A model generated the notes under the pieces. It did no database searches. It was not told where the DNA came from and saw only the letters and a list, made by a program, of their open reading frames with translations. A program made the position numbers and the translations under genes. A stretch of DNA of 64,000 nucleotides from Dehalococcoidia bacterium (GTDB lineage: Bacteria; Chloroflexota; Dehalococcoidia; Lucifugimonadales; UBA3495): the NCBI GenBank assembly GCA_965115825.1, contig OZ220464.1:1221306-1285305 (forward strand). Reading direction: 5' to 3'. Each line of letters starts with the position of its first letter. Within the stretch, counting starts at the first letter, position 1. Of the stretch, positions 7,681 to 16,906 are shown piece by piece.

Positions 7681-8966
7681 CAGCCGAACACCTCAATAAC
7701 CCGGTCGATGGCCAGGGCCAAGGCGTCAATGTCGTCGGTAGTGTTGTAGAAGGACAGGGAGGCGCGGACGGTGGCGGGGACGCCGTAGCGGGCCATGACC
7801 GGCTGGGCGCAATGGTGGCCGGTGCGCACAGCGATGCCCTCGGCGTCCAGGATCGTGCCGATGTCGTGGGGATGGGCCAGTTCCATGTGGAAGGACAGGA
7901 TGCCGCCCTTGTCCTGGGCGACGCCGATGAGCCGGACGCCGGAGATGCCGCGGAGTTTATCAGTTCCGTAGCGGAGCAGGGCCTGTTCGTAGGCGGAGAT
8001 GCGGGCCATGCCGATGCTTTCCAGGTAGTTGACGGCTGCGCCGAGGCCGATGGCGCCGGCAATGTCGGGGGTGCCGGCCTCGAACTTGTGGGGCAGGGTG
8101 TTGTAGATGGTTTCCTCAAAGGTTACGGAGCGGATCATTTCGCCGCCCGACTGGTAGGGAGGCATATCGTTGAGCAGGTCGGCACGGCCCCAGAGGGCGC
8201 CGATGCCGGTAGGGCCGTAGAGTTTATGCCCGGAGAAAGTGAGGAAGTCCACGCCCAACGCCTGGACATCCACCGGCATATGGGGAACGGACTGGGCGGC
8301 GTCGACCAGGACGGGGACGCCGCGGGCGTGGGCCAGTTGGGCCATGTCGGCGATGGGGTTCACGGTGCCCAAGGCGTTGGACTGATGGACTATGGAGACG
8401 AGCCGGGTGCGGTCGTTGAGCATACTTTCGTACTGGTCGAGGAGCAGCTCGCCGTCGTCGTTGAAGGGGACGACGCGGAGTTGAATGCCGATTTCCTGGC
8501 CGAGGATCTGCCAGGGGACGATGTTGGAGTGATGTTCCATGCCGGTGATGATGACCTCGTCGCCGGCTTTGAAGTACTTGCGGCCGTAGCTGTGGGCCAC
8601 CAGGTTCAGGCCTTCGGTGGCGCCGCGGACGTAGATGATTTCGTTGACGTCGGGGGCGTTGATGAAGCGACGGACTGCTTCGCGGCCGGCTTCGTAGTCG
8701 TCGGTGGCGCGCTGGCTAAGGGTGTGGACGCCGCGGTGGACGTTGGCGTTGTTATGGAGGTAGTAGTTGCTGATGGCGTCGATGACAGCGCGGGGTTTCT
8801 GGGTGGTGGCGGCGTTGTCCAGATAGACCAGCGGCTTGCCGTTGACCTGCTGATGGAGGATTGGAAAGTCCTGGCGGATGCGGTACGGGTCCAGGGAAGC
8901 CAGGCCGCCGGGTTGAGTCGCGGCGGCGCGGTCGGGGGCGTCGGTTGTGTTGATGGCGGTGGTCAC
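7680..8966 (-). CDS. sufS: cysteine desulfurase SufS
   Basis: C-terminal 428 aa of track ORF 7680-9473. Carries YLDNAATTQKP, the FSGHKLYGPTG PLP-Lys region and RTGHHCAQP. The GTG start at 8966 overlaps the sufD stop (TAGTG); the upstream part of the track ORF is out-of-frame overlap with sufD. Confidence 0.9.
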   Translation of the reverse strand: MTTAINTTDAPDRAAATQPGGLASLDPYRIRQDFPILHQQVNGKPLVYLDNAATTQKPRAVIDAISNYYLHNNANVHRGVHTLSQRATDDYEAGREAVRRFINAPDVNEIIYVRGATEGLNLVAHSYGRKYFKAGDEVIITGMEHHSNIVPWQILGQEIGIQLRVVPFNDDGELLLDQYESMLNDRTRLVSIVHQSNALGTVNPIADMAQLAHARGVPVLVDAAQSVPHMPVDVQALGVDFLTFSGHKLYGPTGIGALWGRADLLNDMPPYQSGGEMIRSVTFEETIYNTLPHKFEAGTPDIAGAIGLGAAVNYLESIGMARISAYEQALLRYGTDKLRGISGVRLIGVAQDKGGILSFHMELAHPHDIGTILDAEGIAVRTGHHCAQPVMARYGVPATVRASLSFYNTTDDIDALALAIDRVIEVFG

Positions 8967-10348
8967 TAGCGGCCTCCGGGGGACGGGGATCCGAGGGAGA
9001 GCGAAAGGTCGGCGTCGGGGATGGCGTTGCGGAACTGGGCGTCGAGGTATTGGCGCAACGGCTCCAGGGCTACGGTATCGATGATTTCGCTGGCAAAGGC
9101 GTGAATGAGGATGCGGCTGGCGGTGGGGAGGTCGAGGCCCCGGCTGCGCATATAGAAAACGGTATCGGCGTCGATGTGGCCGGCGGTGGCGCCGTGGCCG
9201 CACTTGACGTCGTCGGCGTAGATAAGCAGGCTGGGCTTGCTGTCCACTTCGGCGTATTCCGAGAGCAGGAGGTTTTTGTCGGTCTGCTGGGAGTCGGTTT
9301 TCTGGGCGTCCTTGCGGACAATTACGTTGCCGCCGAAGACGGCGCGGGAGTGTCCGTCCAGTATGCCCTTGTAGAACATACGGCTGACGCCGTAGGGTTC
9401 GGCGTGGTCGATGTTGATGTAGTTGTCGATGTGCTGGCTGCCGCCGGTGAGGTACAGGCCGTTGAGAGTGCACTGGGCGCCGGTTCCGGCCAGTTTGACG
9501 CCGAAGTCGTTGCGTCCGAGGGCGGCGCCCCGGGCGATGGATGCGGACGAAAATGTGGAGTCCTTGCGCTGTGCAACCCGGCTGACGCCCACGTGGTAGG
9601 CGTCCATGCCCTCGAAGAGGAGGCGGTAGTGTTCTACGCTGGCGCCATCGGAGAGGGCGGCTTCGGTTACGGCGTTGGTCAAGTAGCGGGCGTCGTCGGG
9701 GCCGGCGAAGGTTTCAATCACGGTGAGGCGGGAGTGGGGCGCTGCGTTAATCAGAGTGTGGGGGTAGGAAACCCGGGGCTGCCGGCGGCCGGTGGCGAGA
9801 TAGATGATGTTGACCACGCCGGCGTCGGCGTCGGGCGGGACGGAGATGCTCACGCCGTGGTGGATGAAGGCGGCGCTGAGGGCGACAAAACCGTCATGCT
9901 CCGGCGCGGCCAGGCTGCCCAGGAGGGCGTCGACGCCGGCCGGGTCGGCGGCGAGGGCGTCGGGCAGCGGGGCGATGGTCAAGCCGGCGGCGTCCAGCGC
10001 AATGTCGTCGGACAGGGCCGGCGCAAACACGCCGTCCACCATCACCAGGGTGCGCCAGTCGCTATGACGGGGAGCGGCGGCGGACACGTCGGCCAGGGTC
10101 AAGCCGGCGTCTGCGGGGCGCAGGGTCGGCTCGAAGGCAAAGGGGGTTCGGGCGATGGGAGCGGCGTTAGTGTATTTCCAGGGTTCGTTGCCGCGGCGGG
10201 CGGTGGGCAGTCCGAGCCGGGTGAAAGCAGTCCAGCCGCGCTTGCGCAAGCGGCGCAGGGTATCCGGTACGTCGGCCGGCTGCGCGGCGTAAGCGGCGGC
10301 GTAGTGGGGGTAAGCGTCGGCGGGGGATGTGGGCGCGGTGATGGTCAT
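8966..10348 (-). CDS. sufD: Fe-S cluster assembly protein SufD
   Basis: 460 aa. The C-terminal beta-helix region (KCGHGATAGHIDADTVFYMRSRG) matches SufB/D, and the gene sits between sufC and sufS. Confidence 0.9.
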   Translation of the reverse strand: MTITAPTSPADAYPHYAAAYAAQPADVPDTLRRLRKRGWTAFTRLGLPTARRGNEPWKYTNAAPIARTPFAFEPTLRPADAGLTLADVSAAAPRHSDWRTLVMVDGVFAPALSDDIALDAAGLTIAPLPDALAADPAGVDALLGSLAAPEHDGFVALSAAFIHHGVSISVPPDADAGVVNIIYLATGRRQPRVSYPHTLINAAPHSRLTVIETFAGPDDARYLTNAVTEAALSDGASVEHYRLLFEGMDAYHVGVSRVAQRKDSTFSSASIARGAALGRNDFGVKLAGTGAQCTLNGLYLTGGSQHIDNYINIDHAEPYGVSRMFYKGILDGHSRAVFGGNVIVRKDAQKTDSQQTDKNLLLSEYAEVDSKPSLLIYADDVKCGHGATAGHIDADTVFYMRSRGLDLPTASRILIHAFASEIIDTVALEPLRQYLDAQFRNAIPDADLSLSLGSPSPGGR

Positions 10349-10465
10349 TCGGTACGCTCGGTGGGGTGAGTGGGGTGGGGAGGTTAGTCGGAGTGGTCAT
10401 TGATTTTGGCACGCGCTGCGTTCCTGCTGTGGAACAGTTTTCGTACACCCGGCAGCGCGTTGGGT

Positions 10466-11272
10466 CTATTCCGCTGCGCCTACTTCTTCCCGCAGCCAGT
10501 CGTAGCCCTGGGCTTCCAGCTGTTCGGCGAGTTCGGGGCCGCCGCTACGGACGATGCGGCCATCCAGCAGCACGTGTACCCGGTCGGGGGTGATGTAGTT
10601 GAGGATGCGCTGGTAGTGAGTTACCACCACGGCGGCGTTGTCGGGCCGGCGCAGGCGGTTGACGCCGTCGGCGACGATGCGCAGGGCGTCGATGTCGAGG
10701 CCGGAGTCGGTTTCATCCAGGAGGGAGAGGGTGGGTTCGAGGAGGGCCATTTGGAGGACTTCGTTGCGTTTTTTCTCGCCGCCGGAGAAGCCTTCGTTGA
10801 CGGAGCGACGCACCAGTTCGGGGTCGATTTCGACTTCGGCGACTTTGGCGCGGAGCAGGCGGTCGAACTCGCGGGCGCCCATTTCCTCTTCGCCTTGGTG
10901 GGTGCGGCGGGCGTCCACGGCGGCCTTGAGGAATTGCCAGGCGCGGACGCCGGGCAGCTCTACGGGGTATTGGAAGGCGAGGAATACGCCTTCGCGGGCG
11001 CGGTCTTCGGGTTCCATGTCCAGCAAGTCCATGCCCCGGTACAGGGCCTGGCCGTTGGTGACGGCGTATTCGGGCCGGCCGGCGAGGGTATTGGCAAGGG
11101 TGCTTTTGCCGGAGCCGTTGGGGCCCATGATGGCGTGGACTTCGCCGGGATGGACAGTGAGGTTCACGCCGCGCAGGATTTCCTGCTCGTCGATGGATAC
11201 GTGGAGGTCGCGCACTTGGAGAATGGGCGCGGCGTTGTGGTTATCAGGGGCGGTCATGGCGGTTTGGGACAT
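10466..11272 (-). CDS. sufC: Fe-S cluster assembly ATPase SufC
   Basis: 268 aa with Walker A GPNGSGKST, signature FSGGEKKR, Walker B LLDETDSGLD. Confidence 0.95.
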   Translation of the reverse strand: MSQTAMTAPDNHNAAPILQVRDLHVSIDEQEILRGVNLTVHPGEVHAIMGPNGSGKSTLANTLAGRPEYAVTNGQALYRGMDLLDMEPEDRAREGVFLAFQYPVELPGVRAWQFLKAAVDARRTHQGEEEMGAREFDRLLRAKVAEVEIDPELVRRSVNEGFSGGEKKRNEVLQMALLEPTLSLLDETDSGLDIDALRIVADGVNRLRRPDNAAVVVTHYQRILNYITPDRVHVLLDGRIVRSGGPELAEQLEAQGYDWLREEVGAAE

Positions 11273-11349
11273 CCTTGTAGTGGGGGAGGCCGGGTTATGA
11301 CTTGCGCGGGGATGGCGAAACGGATGGCTGGGAATGAGGGGAGATATGG

Positions 11350-12822
11350 TTAGCCGACGGTGCCTTCGAGGCTGACTTTGAGGAGTTGGGAGGCTTCCAT
11401 GGCGAACTCGAAGGGGAGTTCTTGGAAGATGCCGCGGCAGAAACCGTTGATAATCATGAAGTGGGCGTCTTCGACGCCGATGCCTCGCTGCTGCAAGTAA
11501 AAGAGCTGGTCATCGGAGACTTTGGAGGTGGTGGCTTCGTGTTCCATCTGCGCGGTGGGGTTTTTGACCTCGATGTAGGGGACGGTGTGGGCGCCGCACT
11601 TATCGCCGACGAGGAGGGAATCGCACTGGGTGAAGTTTTTGGCGCCGTGAGCAGAGGGGTTGATTTTCACGAGACCGCGGTAGGTTTGCTGGCCCTGTCC
11701 GGCGGAGATGCCTTTGGCGACGATGGTGCTGCGGGTGTTTTTGCCGAGGTGGATCATTTTGGTGCCGGTGTCGGCCTGCTGCCAGTTGTTGACCAGGGCG
11801 ACGGAGTAGAACTCGCCGACGGAGTTGTCGCCTTGCAGGATGACGCTGGGGTATTTCCAGGTGATGGCGGAGCCGGTTTCGACCTGGGTCCAGGAGATTT
11901 TGGAGTCGGGGCCGGCGCACTTGCCGCGTTTGGTGACGAAGTTGTACACGCCGCCCTGCCCGTCTTTGTCGCCGGGATACCAATTCTGCAAGGTGCTGTA
12001 CTTGATTTCAGCGCCCTGGAGGGCGACCAGTTCGACTACGGCGGCGTGGAGCTGGGTGGATTTGCGCATGGGAGCGGTGCAGCCTTCCAAGTAGCTGACA
12101 TAGGCGCCTTCGTCGGCGACGATGAGGGTGCGCTCGAACTGGCCGCTGTCAGCCTGGTTGATGCGGAAGTAGGTCATCAGCTCGATGGGGCAGCGGACGC
12201 CGGGAGGGATGTAGGCGAAGGAGCCGTCGGAGAAGACGGCGGAGTTCAGGGTGGCATAGAAGTTGTCGGCATAGGGGACTACCGAGCCGAGGTATTTCCG
12301 CACCAGGTCGGGGTGGTTCTGGATGGCCTCGCTCATGGAGCAAAAGATGACGCCGGCTTTTTCCAGCTGCTCCTGATAGGTGGTGGCGACGGAAACGCTG
12401 TCGAGGACGGCGTCCACGGCGACGCCGGCCAGGCGGGCCTGTTCTGCGAGGGGGATGCCGAGCTTGTTGAAGGCTGCGATGACTTCCGGGTCAACGTCGT
12501 CCAGGCTTTTGGGGCCGTCGTCGGCCGATTTGGGAGCGGCGTAGTAGTGGATATCCTGGTAGTCGATGGGGGGGTAGTCGACGTTGGCCCAAGTGGGGGC
12601 GGCGTAGTCCTGGCGCTGCCAGAAGCGGTAGGCCTTCAAGCGCCAGTCGAGCATCCATTCGGGCTCGTTTTTTTTGGCCGAAATCAGCCGTACCACGTCC
12701 TCGTTGAGGCCCTTGGGGAAGGCTTCCTCTTCGATATCGATGGTAAAGCCCCACTTGTAGTCGGAGTTCAACTCCTCGGCGGTGGTATCGCGGGAGATAA
12801 CGCGCTGGGCCTGAGTGGTCAT
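11350..12822 (-). CDS. sufB: Fe-S cluster assembly protein SufB
   Basis: 490 aa with typical SufB blocks (YYAAPK, ITWKYPS, CDSLL...[22 protein letters not shown]). GAGGAGGA lies upstream of the ATG. Confidence 0.95.
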   Translation of the reverse strand: MTTQAQRVISRDTTAEELNSDYKWGFTIDIEEEAFPKGLNEDVVRLISAKKNEPEWMLDWRLKAYRFWQRQDYAAPTWANVDYPPIDYQDIHYYAAPKSADDGPKSLDDVDPEVIAAFNKLGIPLAEQARLAGVAVDAVLDSVSVATTYQEQLEKAGVIFCSMSEAIQNHPDLVRKYLGSVVPYADNFYATLNSAVFSDGSFAYIPPGVRCPIELMTYFRINQADSGQFERTLIVADEGAYVSYLEGCTAPMRKSTQLHAAVVELVALQGAEIKYSTLQNWYPGDKDGQGGVYNFVTKRGKCAGPDSKISWTQVETGSAITWKYPSVILQGDNSVGEFYSVALVNNWQQADTGTKMIHLGKNTRSTIVAKGISAGQGQQTYRGLVKINPSAHGAKNFTQCDSLLVGDKCGAHTVPYIEVKNPTAQMEHEATTSKVSDDQLFYLQQRGIGVEDAHFMIINGFCRGIFQELPFEFAMEASQLLKVSLEGTVG

Positions 12823-12906
12823 TGGACGGACATCCTCCTCACCGGGAAAGTCAGCGGCGGGGCCGGTGATAAAATAGGCAATTCCCGACCGTTAAGGTCA
12901 ACAATT

Positions 12907-12935
12907 ATCCTAGCCCAGCGAGGGGGATCTGTCAA
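12907..12935 (-). promoter_or_regulatory. candidate sigma70-type promoter of the suf operon
   Basis: The minus strand reads TTGACA (12935-12930), a 17-nt spacer, then TAGGAT (12912-12907), about 85 nt upstream of the sufB ATG. Confidence 0.35.
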
Positions 12936-13499
12936 CGGGAAGGAGAGAGGCGACCGAGGCCGCTCGGTTATGACGCGGCGGTGGGCGGGTCGGCTCCCTT
13001 GAGGCGGTTGGCGCCTTTGGGAGGCGCGCGGTCGGTAGGGTTGGGGTTGGCGGTGTTCATGGTGGTTGTTTGCCTCCTTTTGGTCGGTCGGTGGATTTTT
13101 GGTGGAGTTCGTGGGGGTTCAGGATGTCGGCGCTACGGTCTGAGAGCGTGGCTTGCTATTTACGTCCTAGTCTTGCGCGTGCTGACGGCTGCTTGGGCAG
13201 CGCTCGTCCTCGCGCAGCGGTGGTGACGCCCGCCGTGCTGGGTGCGCCAGCCGGGTAATGTGACCGACCTCCGGCGCACTACAGTGGTGCAATGGATCCG
13301 ACGTGCCGCACAGTACGGATGCGGCGGGTTAGACCGTGTTATCCTGAACCCCGTTGAACTCTTGTTTTAGCCTCCTGGCTGGATTTTGGTGTCGGGCGGT
13401 GTCCTGGCCGGGGACGGTATCCGGACGGTTCTCGAGGGGCCGTTGGATTAGCCTGACGGGGATAGTATAGCGCACGGAAGTACGTAGTACAAGCGGTTT

Positions 13500-13541
13500 T
13501 TGTCAGAATCAGGATTTACTGGATTTTGGGATTTTCAGGAT
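13500..13541 (+). repeat. 42-nt GGATTT-periodic element, copy 1
   Basis: TTGTCAGAATCAGGATTTACTGGATTTTGGGATTTTCAGGAT. Confidence 0.9.
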
Positions 13542-13593
13542 GGGGTTGTGGGTGTGCGGCGCCGGAGAGGAGATGGGGGTTGGCGGTGGGGGA

Positions 13594-13635
13594 TTGTCAG
13601 AATCAGGATTTACCGGATTTTGGGATTTTCAGGAT
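13594..13635 (+). repeat. 42-nt GGATTT-periodic element, copy 2
   Basis: TTGTCAGAATCAGGATTTACCGGATTTTGGGATTTTCAGGAT. Confidence 0.9.
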
Positions 13636-13849
13636 TGTGGTGGGTTGTGGCGTTGGAGTGGGGGATGGTAGGGCTGTGGTTAATGGGCGGGGGACGGGAT
13701 GGCGGTGGGTTATACTGTTGGGGTTGGGATTTCCGGCGGATGGGCGGACTACGGATGGCGGGATGCGGATGGCTTGTTGGGATGGAGGGTTTCTGTGGAG
13801 TGGTATGGTGGCTTACGGGTGCGATGGCTTACATGTTGGAGGGTTTTTG

Positions 13850-14632
13850 ATGGCTTACAGCGGGTTGGATTTGACGGGTCGGAAGGCGCTGGTTACGGGC
13901 GCGGCGCGGGGGATTGGCGCGACGCTGGCGGTGGGTTTGGCACAGGCGGGGGCAGACGTGGCAGTGTGCGATTTGGCGTCTGATGAGTCGTGGGAGGGTC
14001 TGGCGGGGACGGTTTGGCGCATCAGGAATGAGGGTCGGATGGGGCTGGCGGTTGACCTGGATGTGGGGGAGGTGTCGGAGATTCGTCCGACGCTGCGACG
14101 GGTGTGGGAGGAGCTGGGCGGGCTGGATATTCTGGTGAATAACGCGGGCATCCGGCGGAGGGCGGCGGCGCTGGAGGTTACGGAGGAGGATTGGGATGCG
14201 GTGATGGATACGAATCTGAAGGGGGCGTTCTTCTGCGCGCAGGCGGCGGCGCGGCTGATGATTCCGCAGGGGTATGGGCGCATCATCAATGTGGCGTCGC
14301 AGCTGGCGCTAGTGGGCGCGACGGAGCGGGCGGCGTACTGCGCGAGCAAGGGCGGGCTGCTGAATTTGACGCGGGTTTTGGCGTTGGAATGGGCGCGGTA
14401 TGGCATTACGGTGAATGCTATCGGGCCGGGGCCGACGGCGACGCCGGGGACGCTGGAGGCGGAGACGCGAGGGGCTGCGGAGGTGGAGGCGGAGCTGCGG
14501 GTGAAGATGCCGCTGGGTCGCCGGATGGAGGCCGAGGAGCTGGTCGGGTCGGCGATATATCTGGCGAGCGGGTCGGCGGGGGCGACGACGGGGCAGATGC
14601 TGGTGGTGGATGGAGGATGGACGGCGATGTAA
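13850..14632 (+). CDS. SDR-family oxidoreductase
   Basis: C-terminal 260 aa of track ORF 13526-14632. The ATG at 13850 follows GGAGGG. Carries TGAARGIG, NNAG and the YCASK catalytic motif. The upstream part of the track ORF is a translation of the G-rich repeat region. Confidence 0.85.
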   Translation: MAYSGLDLTGRKALVTGAARGIGATLAVGLAQAGADVAVCDLASDESWEGLAGTVWRIRNEGRMGLAVDLDVGEVSEIRPTLRRVWEELGGLDILVNNAGIRRRAAALEVTEEDWDAVMDTNLKGAFFCAQAAARLMIPQGYGRIINVASQLALVGATERAAYCASKGGLLNLTRVLALEWARYGITVNAIGPGPTATPGTLEAETRGAAEVEAELRVKMPLGRRMEAEELVGSAIYLASGSAGATTGQMLVVDGGWTAM

Positions 14633-14635
14633 GGG

Positions 14636-14677
14636 TTGTCAGAAGCAGGATTTGCCGGATTTGGGGATTTTCGGGAT
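14636..14677 (+). repeat. 42-nt GGATTT-periodic element, copy 3
   Basis: TTGTCAGAAGCAGGATTTGCCGGATTTGGGGATTTTCGGGAT; starts 3 nt after the SDR stop codon. Confidence 0.9.
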
Positions 14678-14742
14678 GGGGGTTATGGCGCGGGGGTGGG
14701 TTGCGGTGTGGGCGGTGGAGTTGGTGGGTTAGGGGGTGGGGG

Positions 14743-14784
14743 TTGTCAGAAGCAGGATTTACCGGATTTGGGGATTTTCAGGAT
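14743..14784 (+). repeat. 42-nt GGATTT-periodic element, copy 4
   Basis: TTGTCAGAAGCAGGATTTACCGGATTTGGGGATTTTCAGGAT. Confidence 0.9.
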
Positions 14785-14897
14785 GGGGGTTGCGGGTTTT
14801 GGCGGGGGCGGCTGGGTGGGGTTTGGGGCGGCGGGCGGGAGTGGCTGATTTGTGTGATGTCTTATCACGGGCGCGGCGGCTGTGTGGGTTTTGGGTG

Positions 14898-14906
14898 TGA
14901 TAGAAT
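14898..14906 (+). promoter_or_regulatory. extended -10-like element upstream of the LRR locus
   Basis: TGATAGAAT (TGn + TAGAAT). Confidence 0.25.
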
Positions 14907-15092
14907 CGCGGCGGCCGGGCTCGGGGGCAGCAAAGTTAGGGCATTGCTTGGTGATTAGGCAAAGTTAGGCGTTGCTTCGTGATTAGGCACTGGATTACAT
15001 ACGATGAGCGTGATGGCCGGGGTGGCGGCGCTGGTCGGGGTAGTGGTGGTGATGGCCGGGGTTGAGGCCGGCTGCGGGGCGTTTCCGGGTGG

Positions 15093-16775
15093 TTGAGGAT
15101 TCTGCTGGTTGGGCTGCTTTTGCTGCTGTTGGCGGGGCTGGCAGCGTTTCTCCTGGCCGGGATAGGAGAGGAAAATGATGGGGAGGCTATGGCATCGGCT
15201 ACGCTGACGGTGGCGGATGTTGCGACGGCTACGGCCGGCGTGACGGAGACGCCGGGGGCTGTCGCGGTGTCTGACGGGTCGCAGACGCCGGGGGCATCTG
15301 GCGGGGCCGGAGGGTCGCAGACGCCGGTTGTTCCCGCATTGCCTTATCCGCCGGAAGCGTCGGGCACTCCGGCCGGGTCTGACCCGATGCTGACGCAGGG
15401 TACTCCGGCTGGGTCTGACCCGCCGGCGCCAGGTGTTCCTACGTTGCCGGCTACGCCGCAGATGCCGGGCATTACGATGGAGGTTGCGGGGGCTACGGCT
15501 ACGCCTACGTCTTCCACTCCGGCGAGCGCTGTTGGGGTGACGGCTGCGCCTACGGACGGGCCAACGCTGGGGAATACTGCGACGAGCGTGGCGCCGTTGC
15601 CGGTTATTGGGATAAGCGGGGCTAGCGCGACGCCTACTCCGACGGGTACAGGCATGCCTACGGCGACGCTGACGGGAACTCCGGCGGGGGTGTCAGCAGG
15701 GACGCCTACGGCTACCGCTACTGTATCGCCTACTCCGACGGCTAGCCCTACGCCTACTCCGACAAGGGTTATAGCGGGGACGCCGGCAGGCACTCCTACG
15801 CCGACAAGCACGCCGACGGCTACGGCTAGCGCTACTGCTTCACCTACGCCGACAGCTACGGGGACTCCGGTGGGGACGCCAGCAGATACGCCTACGCCGA
15901 CAGCTACGCCTACTGTGTCACCTACTCCTACCCGCACGGCCACCGTTACTGCTTCGCCTACTCCTACCCGCACGGCCATCGTTACTGCTTCGCCTACTCC
16001 TACTCGGACGGCTACACCTACCTCTTCGCCTACTCCGATTCGCCTACTCCGACAATCTCCGGCTGCGCCGATGACCGGCTCGTGCTGGTAGAGGTCTGGC
16101 TCGACACCAAGGGGTCACTATGGAGCGAAAGAAGAAAAGAGCATTGGCTGAGCGACAGGCCGTTGGACGATTGGAGAGGCGTTGAGGCTGACGAGGACGA
16201 TTGCGTCCTCGAGTTGTCCCTCCCGAATTGGGGGCTGGCGGGTAAAATACCGGCGAACTTGGGACGGCTCAGCAAGTTGGAAGTGCTAATCATGACCAAC
16301 AACTCACGTTTAGGAGGCGAGATACCGGAGGAGTTGGGTGCCCTGAGCAATTTGGAAGTGTTGAGGCTGTGGAATAACGATTTGGGAGGCGAGATACCGG
16401 CGAGTCTGGGGAGGCTCAGTAATTTGAAAGAGTTAAGCCTCCTGTCGATATGGATTGGAAGGTGGGATACCGGAGGCGCTGAGGAATCTCCGCAAGTTGG
16501 AAACGCTAAATCTCGGCGAGAATCTGCTATCGGGAGAGATACCGACGTGGCTGGGGGAACTCACGAACTTGCGGGTTTTGCGTCTCGACAACGGGAGGGG
16601 CGCCAATGATAACCAATTCAGCGGCCCGATACCGCCGGAGCTGGGCAATCTGGTGAAGTTGACCAACTGGAGGATCGCAGGCAATACGGGGTTGGGAGGG
16701 TGCATACCGGCTACCTGGGGGAGGACAGGGTATAATGACTTTGATGAGGCGGGGCTGGAGTACTGTACGGACTAG
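15093..16775 (+). pseudogene. membrane-anchored Thr/Pro-rich, plant-type leucine-rich-repeat protein, interrupted by two frameshifts
   Basis: Three track ORFs (15093-16091, 16082-16609, 16455-16775; frames 0, 2, 0) read as one protein: a TM segment, about 250 aa of TP-rich linker, an LRR N-cap ([18 protein letters not shown]...WRGVEADEDDCVLELSLPNWGLAGKIP), then LxxLxLxxNxLxGxIP repeats. The frame breaks lie near 16037 (within a TCGCCTACTCCGA duplication) and near 16454. Confidence 0.6.
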
Positions 16776-16782
16776 CGGCGGG

Positions 16783-16824
16783 TTGTCAGAATCAGGATTT
16801 ACCGGATTTTAGGATTTTCAGGAT
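16783..16824 (+). repeat. 42-nt GGATTT-periodic element, copy 5
   Basis: TTGTCAGAATCAGGATTTACCGGATTTTAGGATTTTCAGGAT; starts 7 nt after the LRR stop codon. Confidence 0.9.
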
Positions 16825-16864
16825 TGGGATGGTGGCGGATGGGGGTGGGATGGGGTAGGTGGGG

Positions 16865-16906
16865 TTGTCAGAATCAGGATTTACGGGATTTGGGGATTTT
16901 CAGGAT
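16865..16906 (+). repeat. 42-nt GGATTT-periodic element, copy 6
   Basis: TTGTCAGAATCAGGATTTACGGGATTTGGGGATTTTCAGGAT. Confidence 0.9.

Noticed and set aside
7680-9473. N-terminal 169-aa extension of the sufS track ORF
   Set aside because: The extension overlaps sufD out of frame and is Arg/Pro-rich. A GTG at 8966 overlapping the sufD stop codon gives a normal-length SufS.
12841-12870. GGGAAAGUC string resembling the RNase P RNA P4 motif (GGAAAGUCCGG)
   Set aside because: Only 8 nt match. The following GUCCGGGC and the other universally conserved RNase P blocks are absent nearby.
7593-13002. Long plus-strand ORFs (7593-8969, 9050-10369, 10400-11353, 11386-13002) opposite the suf operon
   Set aside because: They are Gly/Ala/Val/Asp-rich mirror frames of strongly supported sufS, sufD, sufC and sufB genes, with no motifs and no RBS.
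12968-13060. 30-codon Pro-rich minus-strand ORF with AAGGAGG upstream
   Set aside because: The SD-to-ATG spacing is about 12 nt, the composition is low-complexity, and I have no conservation evidence. It is mentioned only within the suf upstream finding.
13500-14958. Track ORFs running through the G-rich repeat regions (13500-13850, 13526-13849 part, 13699-13983, 14191-14958, 14636-14848; also 16906-17139)
   Set aside because: They are Gly/Trp/Val-rich translations of the 42-nt repeats and G/T tracts. The same peptide strings recur only because the DNA repeat recurs.
13500-16906. Possible CRISPR array formed by the 42-nt repeats
   Set aside because: The repeats occur only in pairs at three separate loci, the spacings differ (94, 107, 82 nt start to start), the sequence between copies is itself degenerate repeat, genes intervene, and no cas genes are present.
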